A stretch of 28,916 bases of DNA. It comes from Promethearchaeota archaeon. GTDB taxonomy: Archaea; Asgardarchaeota; Lokiarchaeia; Sigyniarchaeales; SOKP01. Shown here one piece after another: positions 1 to 8,400 of this stretch. Within the stretch, counting starts at the first letter, position 1, and every line of letters begins with the position of its first letter. The stretch is taken from assembly GCA_016839745.1 (NCBI GenBank), contig JAEOTS010000072.1:1-28916 (forward strand), read 5' to 3'. Under the pieces are notes generated by a model. The model was given only the letters and a program-made list of their open reading frames with translations. It was not told the DNA's origin and searched no databases. Both the position numbers and the translations under genes were made by a program.

Positions 1-59
1 ATTTTAAAATCCTTTATAGATAAATTTTCTAAACTAACTTTAAATTCCGATTGTGTCAT
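1..59 (-). CDS. 5' end of an unknown gene running off the left edge (MTQSEFKVSLENLSIKDFK...)
   Basis: ATG at 59-57 with GAGGT SD-like motif at 71-67 (7 nt spacing). The frame is open to the window edge and starts 53 nt downstream of the HgcA-like gene on the same strand. Confidence 0.55.
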   Translation of the reverse strand, partial: MTQSEFKVSLENLSIKDFK

Positions 60-112
60 TATACATACCTCTTATATTTCAATTTCCTTTTATTTTTTTG
101 TATTAATATTTA

Positions 113-1780
113 TTACAGTAAAATGATTCCAAACACCATTGAAATCAAACTAATTGTTAACAAAATTTTGTTTATGAGACTAAAAATTGGATATTCCTCC
201 TGAATTTCACTAGGGCTCGTGGCCATCGTGTAGCCACTTAAAGACATTGTAGAGAAAAATGAAACCCAAAAGAAAAACGCGAAGCTCAATAGCATATAGA
301 TTATTGAATTATGTAGGAAATACGTTAAAACTCCCAGAGCAATAGAATCTAATGTTCCAAAGAAAATCCCTTTATATATGAATCTCCGAGTAAATTTAGA
401 TATAGGAAATAAAAATGTTATTAAAAAATTTGAGCCTATTATCCAAAGTAAGAGTTCACCAGCCCACCAAAATTTATCGAACAACCCAATCAGATTTAGA
501 ACAAAGGAAATCAAGAACAAGGCAATTAAGGGCAATAAAAATATTTTTCTCAGTAGAAAGGTCGTGTGAGTAATAAATCCACGAAAACGATGCTTTAACG
601 TAAATTTAGCAAGTTTCATACTATCCGGTTTTCGAGCAGGTCTATTTTTTATAAATTCAGGTAAGTCTTTAGACCATACTGGTCCAAACACCACTCGGAA
701 GGGGAATTCTTTTGTTTTTTTCTGTAAATCTGGAGTAGCTACGCCTCCCGCAGATAATTGTGGGAGAATTAAAGTTTTTCTCTCGGTTATTTCCGCTAAT
801 CCAGTAGCCTCAACTGCTTCTATTAATTCATTATTCCCAAAGTCGTTTCCTCTTGCAGCACACCACACATTTATCCCATTAGAATCAACACATAACACCC
901 AGGCGTCAAGACCTTTTAGATCTCTCATTACTTTAATAAAAGTAAATTCATAGTTTGCGGTAACAATTATAGGAGAGGTTTTATCAGGATTCCCCGATTT
1001 GTAAAGTCCCGGATCTATTGGAACGAGATCTACTTGTCCGGTATAAATACAACGATATATTCTTAGTTGAGATATTATACCTTTAAATTTTTTTGGTTCA
1101 GGTTGATAATATCCCGGTTCATTGGTTTTTTTATCATCAACCTTAATTAATTCGAGGACTTGAATAGTCCCGTGCTTCCAATCTTCTTTTGCTTTAATTT
1201 TAAATCCAATTGGTTCGATATATCTGAAGAACCATTTTAATAGAAATGTACTCCGCAATTTAAGACGTCTAAGCTTCTTTTTATATCTCCATCGTTTTAA
1301 TTTAAACAATAACTTCCAGAAACCATTAGGTACAAATTCAGCAGCCAATATTAACTGACCATTCGGTTTTAATACTTTCCAAGCATTTCTAAGGAATATT
1401 TGTTGCTCAAAAGGTCGAAGTTCAGATAACATGAATGTACTAACAATTAAATCCTGAGAATTCGCATTCACAGGCATGCTAGTAAACGAGCCCGTCTGGT
1501 ATACAAGTGTACCTTCTTTTAGATCAGAAGGATAGTTCTGCATAGCAAAATTAATCATTTGAAAATTGATATCTAGAGCTATAACATCATTTCCCTTTAA
1601 TGCCATTTGAGAGGCGAAACTACCAGTTCCGCATCCAACTTCTAGGATGGACTTAGATTTGCCAATTTTATCAAGTATCCATTCTCTAACCTCTAGATTT
1701 ACACCCTTTGTAAGTACTGTGAATTTAGAATCATAACTATCAGGCTCTTGCTCTAGTTTACGCATATATACTACTGCCAT
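113..1780 (-). CDS. Fusion of a class I SAM-dependent methyltransferase with an HgcA-like corrinoid (CdhD/E-type) domain and a C-terminal multi-TM domain
   Basis: N-terminal ILEVGCGTG, VIALDIN, DLIVS and VLKPNG are SAM-MTase motifs. The middle carries PGLY..G.PD..SPIIVTANY, GINVWCAARG, LILPQLSAGGV and VVFGPV..DLP.F (HgcA-type corrinoid domain). About 5 hydrophobic helices end in SGYTMATSPSEIQEE, similar to the HgcA C-terminal motif. Likely start is ATG 1780 (ORF track 1789). Confidence 0.88.
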   Translation of the reverse strand: MAVVYMRKLEQEPDSYDSKFTVLTKGVNLEVREWILDKIGKSKSILEVGCGTGSFASQMALKGNDVIALDINFQMINFAMQNYPSDLKEGTLVYQTGSFTSMPVNANSQDLIVSTFMLSELRPFEQQIFLRNAWKVLKPNGQLILAAEFVPNGFWKLLFKLKRWRYKKKLRRLKLRSTFLLKWFFRYIEPIGFKIKAKEDWKHGTIQVLELIKVDDKKTNEPGYYQPEPKKFKGIISQLRIYRCIYTGQVDLVPIDPGLYKSGNPDKTSPIIVTANYEFTFIKVMRDLKGLDAWVLCVDSNGINVWCAARGNDFGNNELIEAVEATGLAEITERKTLILPQLSAGGVATPDLQKKTKEFPFRVVFGPVWSKDLPEFIKNRPARKPDSMKLAKFTLKHRFRGFITHTTFLLRKIFLLPLIALFLISFVLNLIGLFDKFWWAGELLLWIIGSNFLITFLFPISKFTRRFIYKGIFFGTLDSIALGVLTYFLHNSIIYMLLSFAFFFWVSFFSTMSLSGYTMATSPSEIQEEYPIFSLINKILLTISLISMVFGIILL

Positions 1781-1823
1781 TGATATCAATCCTATTTTGT
1801 TTTTTAATGTTTTTTTATTATTA

Positions 1824-2915
1824 TTAATTAGATTTCCAGAAACCTCGTTTCGCTAGGAATTTTCCAAGATATACTATTGCAAGCATAACAGGTACTTCCC
1901 AAAATAAGCCCATTGTAGTTCCTAAAGCTGCAACAGAACCCACTCCATACATAGCGATAGCTGTTGCAATAGCAATTTCAAAGTGACTTGAGGAACCGAT
2001 AATTACTGTAATAACCGCTTCTTTATACTTCATTTTGAAGATTTTTGTAATAAAAACATTGTAAGCAACCACTATAACAAAACCTACTAAGAGTGGAATT
2101 GAGACTAGAAGCAATAAATCAGGATTATTTATAAGAACATCTCCATTTAAAGAAAATAATACAACTAAAGTTGTCAATAAAGCAACAATTGAAATCTTTC
2201 CAACAAATGGTTTGTAGCTATCGTTAAACCACGACAATCCTTTTGATGCGATGATTAATCTCTTGCTTATTATTCCAAGCAATAATGGTATACCAATGAA
2301 GAATATTAAAGAGATTAGTAATAACAGTGAATTAACTGGAATATTCTGTATACCTGTTAATAAAGAGACCATTGCTACGTACAAAAAGATTATTGTTATC
2401 GTATTTAAGCTTGTATTTACTACATTCTGTTCTTGGTTACCCTTCGCCATCCATCCCCAAACTAACACCATAGCCGTACAGGGCGAACTTGAGAGTAAAA
2501 TTATCGCAACTTTTAGTTCAAGTATATCTTTGGCTGTACCAGGTAGAAATATATTAACCATTGCTAATCCCACAAAAGGAGCGACGAGCCAATTAGAAAC
2601 TAATGTTAATATTATAGGTTTTGGGTTTCTCCTTAATTTCTTCAATTCTGATGCCTGTAAATTCAACATTGCAGGATACATCATGAGAAATAGACAAATT
2701 CCTATTGGTATGGAGATCCCCCCTATTTGTAGTGAATTTATCGTTTCGCTTATTTCTGGAACAAACTGGGAGAGAATAATACCTAATAAAATACATAACA
2801 CTACCCAAATAGGGAGAAGCTTCTCAAAATAATTTATCTTTCTTGATTCTTGTTTTGGTTCTTCCGTTTCACTTAGCTTATGAATAGCTCTATTTTCGAT
2901 ATCTTCTTCAACCAT
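1824..2915 (-). CDS. acr3: Acr3 family arsenite/antimonite efflux transporter
   Basis: About 10 TM segments with LFLMMYP, LVSNW, SPCTAMVLVW and GSSSHFEIAIATA..YG motifs typical of Acr3. Likely start is ATG 2915 (ORF track starts at TTG 2981). Confidence 0.93.
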   Translation of the reverse strand: MVEEDIENRAIHKLSETEEPKQESRKINYFEKLLPIWVVLCILLGIILSQFVPEISETINSLQIGGISIPIGICLFLMMYPAMLNLQASELKKLRRNPKPIILTLVSNWLVAPFVGLAMVNIFLPGTAKDILELKVAIILLSSSPCTAMVLVWGWMAKGNQEQNVVNTSLNTITIIFLYVAMVSLLTGIQNIPVNSLLLLISLIFFIGIPLLLGIISKRLIIASKGLSWFNDSYKPFVGKISIVALLTTLVVLFSLNGDVLINNPDLLLLVSIPLLVGFVIVVAYNVFITKIFKMKYKEAVITVIIGSSSHFEIAIATAIAMYGVGSVAALGTTMGLFWEVPVMLAIVYLGKFLAKRGFWKSN

Positions 2916-3082
2916 CTTCAGTACTTCGTATATTTTAATATTTTTGATGTCGAGAGTATGAGATAGAATATTATACTTCAAATTTAAGGTTGTCGATTTG
3001 AACTAAATAAAAGCCTTAAATGTTATAGATTTATATTTATCGATTTATTCTTTATATTTATAATGAGATTAATATAGAAGAA

Positions 3083-3490
3083 ATGAAGGTGTTACTCATA
3101 AAACAAAAAAGATCTTTAGAAATAAAAAAATTATTATGTACATGTAATAGTTGCTCAAATTCAAATGCTCATTTTGAGAACTTACTAGAATTGGGTAAAA
3201 AGCTAGAAGAGAATGAAAATTTGGATGTGATTGAAAGATTTACATCTGCAATTTCATCCAAGGAGCGATTAATCATCATCAATGCTTTAAAGGAACAAGA
3301 CAGATGTGTATGCGAATTAGAAGCTATATTAAATAAGTCCCAATCTACAATTTCTCATCATTTAAGGAAGCTAGTTACAGCCGGTATAATACAAGGATAT
3401 AAAAAGCAAAAATTTACTTATTATCACTTGTTTAAGGAAGAAATAAAGCAATACTTAGAAATTTTTAATCAAGTATTAACTGTTAATTAG
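3083..3490 (+). CDS. arsR: ArsR/SmtB family metalloid-sensing transcriptional repressor
   Basis: RLIII..L, CVCEL alpha3 metal site and SQSTISHHLRKL..AGII HTH. Divergent from acr3; extra N-terminal CTCNSC. Confidence 0.92.
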   Translation: MKVLLIKQKRSLEIKKLLCTCNSCSNSNAHFENLLELGKKLEENENLDVIERFTSAISSKERLIIINALKEQDRCVCELEAILNKSQSTISHHLRKLVTAGIIQGYKKQKFTYYHLFKEEIKQYLEIFNQVLTVN

Positions 3491-3650
3491 ACTATTATGT
3501 TTGGTTGAATAGTATATCAGCTCACAAATTATGATGTAATTCCCCTTAAATTAATAATCTATAAATATTAAATTTAATAGCTAATAAGGTTACTTCGTTA
3601 ATAATTAGAAAAAATTAGTTGTTTAAAGTAATAAAATAGGTTTAAATAAT

Positions 3651-3905
3651 ATGCCGAAACCCGTTCCTGATGATGAGGAAAGTATGAGCGAATGTCGGAA
3701 ATTCTGTGGTCCTTGTCCTTCGTTCAAACCTAATCAATTAAACGAATTTGAGCCACATGCGCTTTTTTGTTCGCGTGGAAAAACTGAAAAACCGATGTCC
3801 GAAGTTAAAAATAATGGTTGTAGTTGCTTTGGTTGTGGATTATTTCCAAAGTACGAACTAGAAGGCGGATTTTTCTGTATGCATGGTACTGGCGGAAAAA
3901 AATAA
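3651..3905 (+). CDS. Small Cys-rich putative metal-binding protein (DUF2769-like)
   Basis: 8 Cys in 84 aa: CxxxCxxCPSF...LFCxxGK...GCxCxxC...FFCxxG, resembling the archaeal DUF2769 pattern. Confidence 0.7.
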   Translation: MPKPVPDDEESMSECRKFCGPCPSFKPNQLNEFEPHALFCSRGKTEKPMSEVKNNGCSCFGCGLFPKYELEGGFFCMHGTGGKK

Positions 3906-3925
3906 AGTAATATTTATCCTACACT

Positions 3926-3938
3926 CTTTTTTTTATTT
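3926..3938 (+). terminator. Probable archaeal oligo-T terminator
   Basis: T-run about 20 nt after the stop of the Cys-rich gene. Confidence 0.4.
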
Positions 3939-4136
3939 AATGCTCAATATTTTTGTAAATTCTTTACCTCTCATTATTTTATTAACCTTTGCTTGTTGAT
4001 CTAAATAATTAAGCTGTTGATATTTTAAATTAAGATATTTAAAAGTGTGAGTTTTTGTCGGTAGATAATTAAACGCTAAATATTTATGTGATTATTGCCA
4101 TGAAAATAATGTTTAAAAAAAATAAATATCAGATAG

Positions 4137-5417
4137 ATGATATACTCTATGGAAGATATGGATAACGATATAGAATTCTCTAAATACTATCGGGTAATTA
4201 CACCAAATGAAATTAACATTGATAGGGAGGAGATTTTTTATAGAGATAAGTATAACGATATCATTAGTTATTTGAAGATTATGTTAACCAACCACGAGGA
4301 TTCGATCACTCAGAGTTATAATAAATTTATTCAGCCAAAAGGTGCTATTCTAATCAATATTAAGTCTGGAACGGATATTGATGATTATTTAAAGCTAATT
4401 TCCAAAAATTATTATCTAAATTTTTATGAACTAAATCAGGAGGAAATCATAAAGGCGCCTGAGGTGTTTATTAACAACTTTACATCTATTCTACAAAGTT
4501 TAATACAAGTTAAGGAAACAAATTCAGATGAAATTGGTGAGGAAACTCAACCAACTGAAGATCAACTAAAAGAAAATAGAATAAAAGGAATACTATTAAT
4601 TAATCAAGAGAATTTTACTAACATCAAATTAAAAAAAAGGAGCTTATTAGAGTATTTTGTAATATCTTTTAAAAATAAAAAGGAAATATTGAAAAATGGG
4701 CTAATTTTAATCTGGATTAACAATGACATTAAAGAGATCGAAGTAAATTCAAGATCAATTTTTGAAGTCTTTGATCTGTTTATAAAAATTCCCCTTTTAG
4801 ATAACATCGAGAGAGAGACGATTTTCAGGAACTTCTCAGAAAAGAATCCGAAAATCGTATTTGACATTAAAACACTAGTAGACTTCACAGTTAATTGGGA
4901 AATAAAGGATATAAATCAATTGCTGAAAGTGGGTATCTTTAAACATTTTCTTAAATCCGAATTAAATGATTCAAGTAATGAAATTACAGATGGATTGATT
5001 GACTTAATAGAATCGGGAGAATTCATTCCTTCCATTTCTCATGAGGAGGTAAAATTGGATTTTTCGAATGATAAAGTAACTGAAAATCAAAACTCATTAA
5101 ATATGAGATTCATGAAGGGAGGAAAAACGGGGATAACAGTTAATGGATCGTCTGAAGTTCTTAATCTAATAAAGCAAGAAAGGTTCTCCGAATTTATGCT
5201 CAACCAATTATATGAAAACGCAGTTTCTAAGAATTATAGTGAGCTCTTACTCATTATTGATAAATTAAATAAGCAGGAACTATTAGAAGAAAATGATAGA
5301 AAACTACTAGCAAAATACGCTTTTATTCTAAACGATAGTCCAAAAATGGCTCAAATTAATTTAGAAAAAGCAAAAAAACGTATAGATAATTTAAAGCGAG
5401 CTTTTGGAAAAAAATAA
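4137..5417 (+). CDS. Degenerate (Walker A/B-inactivated) classic-clade AAA+ fold protein
   Basis: QPKGAILINIKSGTDIDDYLKLIS aligns by eye with PKGhLLxGPPGTGKTLLAKAhA. ILLINQE sits at Walker B and LILIWINN at sensor 1. FDLFIKIPLLDNIERETIF resembles FDRxIxIPLPDxxxRxxIL, and DIKTLVDFTVNWEIKDINQL resembles the lid DLxxLAxxTxGxxGADIxxL. Confidence 0.65.
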   Translation: MIYSMEDMDNDIEFSKYYRVITPNEINIDREEIFYRDKYNDIISYLKIMLTNHEDSITQSYNKFIQPKGAILINIKSGTDIDDYLKLISKNYYLNFYELNQEEIIKAPEVFINNFTSILQSLIQVKETNSDEIGEETQPTEDQLKENRIKGILLINQENFTNIKLKKRSLLEYFVISFKNKKEILKNGLILIWINNDIKEIEVNSRSIFEVFDLFIKIPLLDNIERETIFRNFSEKNPKIVFDIKTLVDFTVNWEIKDINQLLKVGIFKHFLKSELNDSSNEITDGLIDLIESGEFIPSISHEEVKLDFSNDKVTENQNSLNMRFMKGGKTGITVNGSSEVLNLIKQERFSEFMLNQLYENAVSKNYSELLLIIDKLNKQELLEENDRKLLAKYAFILNDSPKMAQINLEKAKKRIDNLKRAFGKK

Positions 5418-5435
5418 TATAATGGGTGACAATGA

Positions 5436-8400
5436 ACGGCTACTTCCTCTAAAAGAAAGGTAAAAGAAATAATTGAAAAAAAACCTAACGAGAATGGTAT
5501 ATTTCTTCGCAAAGTTATATTAGAAAACTTTTTATCATTTCAAAGAGACGAAGTAGATTTTTCAATTCAAGAAAACCAAGATCCTCCTCGTTTTATTTTA
5601 ATCATTGGACCAAACTGGAGCGGGAAAACATCAATTTTTCAGGCTATTAAATTTGCTTTAGGGAGTAATGAAAGAGACGAACGTTATAAAAAGTGGTCTG
5701 ATTTTATTAGAAACGGTCAAGCTCATGCTATGGTTGAACTTCATATTCAGTACCATGGTGAAATCCTTAAAGTAAGAAGAACTGTTATAAGAGGAAAATC
5801 TCCTTTTTTCGAAATTCAACTTAACCATGACCAGAATTTTAAAAAAGTTCATGTGAATGAAATTCAAAAACTTATTACTGAGTTAGAAATTAATCCCGAC
5901 AATCAATTCGCGTTTGTAAGTCAAGGTAAAATCGATGCAATTAAGAATTTAAAACCTATCGAGTTATGTTCATTTTTAGAAGAAGGTATTGGGCTTAAAG
6001 GTCTCAGAGAGGAGATACTTCAACAAAAAAAAGGTGTTTTATCTTTAGATATAGAATTTCAATCACTAGTAACCAGAAAAAATACATTAAATTTTAACTT
6101 GGATATATTAGCACCAAAGTTAGAACGGCTTAATGAGAAAAAGAAATTATTAGATATCAGAAATAAATATACTGATGAATTGTTATGGGCTAATAAGGAT
6201 GTTCTACAAAAAGATATTGAGAAATTGGAGTTATCCTTCAAGGAGAGCCAAAACAAAATAAACTCTATAACCAAGGAAACTGGAAAATACCGAAGTTTAG
6301 TTAAAGAAAAAGAAAGAATAATTATTGAAATAGATAACAACCTTAATAATGCATCAAAAAAAACGGGAGAATTAGAATATAAAAAAAAAGAACTAGTAGA
6401 AAAAATTGATGCTTGGCAGAAAGAAAAAATAATAGCAAAACAAGAATTGGATGAGTTATCAGCAAAAGTCTCGGAAATAGAAAAGGTTGTAGATAAATTT
6501 AACAGCCAAAAGCAAAACTTGGAAAATGAAATCAAAATAGTTAACAGAAAGAAACAATCTGTAAAGAGCGACATTGACAAATCGATTAAAGAACAAAATG
6601 ATCTTATAAGAATGATCAAAGAGAATGAAGCTTTCTTAGAAAAATATAACAATTTAACTAATGAAAAAGAAGGATATTTAAGAACTATCCAAGAGAATGA
6701 AAGTAAAATTGAAAACACCAATAAAGATATCAACGACATATTTCAAAGTTTGATGGACATTGACCACAAACTAGAAAAAAATAAATGGTTCTTAGAAAAT
6801 CCTTCAAACGATTTATTGAAGCAATTAGATACTGATCTAAAGAAAGTTACCGTAAACTTACTAAATTTTGGAGCTGAAATCGAGCAGTTAGAATACAACA
6901 AATCGAAAAAGATGCAAAAGTTTAAAGTACTACAAACAGCATTAAGAGAACGAAAAATCGTTTTGTCACCCAATATTAATGTTCTCAAAGAAGAAATTAA
7001 GAAAAGAGAATTAGAGGATCGCGTTAAAGGTCCAATAATCGAGTATTTAAAATATGACGATGAGTTAAGCTACGCAATTGAATCGGTTTTAGGAGAGCGG
7101 CTACTTAATAGTTTTATTGCGAGCGATTGGGACACATTAAACTTATTAGAGAGATTAAAAAAGAAATATAATGCTTATTGTAATATCTATATTCCAAAGA
7201 AGGTAAATGTTACTCCCTTTCCAAAAATTTCAGCTGCAGGAGTAATAGGTTATTTAGCAGAATTAATTAAAATTATTGATGACGATGTAAATGTTCAAAA
7301 AGTTATTTATTCGAAGATTAAAAATTGTCTTGTTGTTAAAGATAATCTCTCTGCAAAAGAGCTTTATAAAACAAGAGCTTTCAAGGGTAAGTGTGTGACT
7401 CTACAAGGTAAACAGATAATATCGTATAAGTATGTATATGAGAGTCCTCATATAAAACGACTTAAAGGTTTATTAAGCGCAGGGACTCAAAAGGAACAAT
7501 CTGAACTGGTAGAAAAAGAAATTAAATCGTTAAATGATAAAATATTAGAATTAAAAGTGAATCAAGCAAAATTTGAAAAGCTTCAAGGTGAGATTTTTAG
7601 AAAAAAAGAATCATTTACTGACCTTTTGTTCAATTTCAAGCACAAAGAAAGGTTAACTTCAAAAAAAAATCAATTATATAATCAGATTTATTCATTAGAA
7701 CAAAAAAATGGAGAAATTAAAGAAGACATTAAAGACCTCACGAAAAAAATCAAAGATTTTGAGTCTCAAAAAGAGCCTGAATTCTTCGATTGGAACAATA
7801 GAGTAAAGGAAATTCCAAACGAACTAAACAATTTAAACAATGAACTAAAAAAATGGGATAAAAAATTAAATGATAATCTAGAATCATTAAAGGAAATCAA
7901 TGATAATATAAATTTTAATGAAAACAATTTAAGCATAGTTAAACTAAATTACGATGCGAAAAAAACTGATTTCCAGAAGTCAGATAAAAAGGCATTTGAA
8001 ATTTATAGAAAATTAGAAAATTTGGAAGATGAGATTCTATCAATTAAGACAAAAATCTCTAAATTGCAGGACCGAAAAGTAATAACACAGAAAGAGAAGC
8101 GCGAGATAGACCAAGCTCATATTCAAGTAAAACTAAGCTTAGAGCAAGAAATTTTTAAGCAATCTTCAATAAAACATGAATTAGGGATGAAGAAGGAAGA
8201 TCTAAACCGCATTTTATCTGAAATTGGGCAATATATCGGAGAAGAAAAAATAACAGTTCGCCCAATAGAAGATATTAATAGAGACGTACTAAAAATTGAT
8301 AAAGAACTTTTAAATTATTTAGATGTCGACGATTCACTTTTAATAGAAAAAGAACAGATGATTACAGGTTTAAAAGAAATTACAAAAAATCAGAAAGAAT

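Noticed and set aside
113-1780. Calling this bona fide hgcA (mercury methylator) or arsM
   Set aside because: The cap motif is NVWCAARG rather than N(V/I)WCA(A/G)GK, no hgcB is visible, and the MTase lacks ArsM's As-binding cysteines. Function cannot be assigned from sequence alone.
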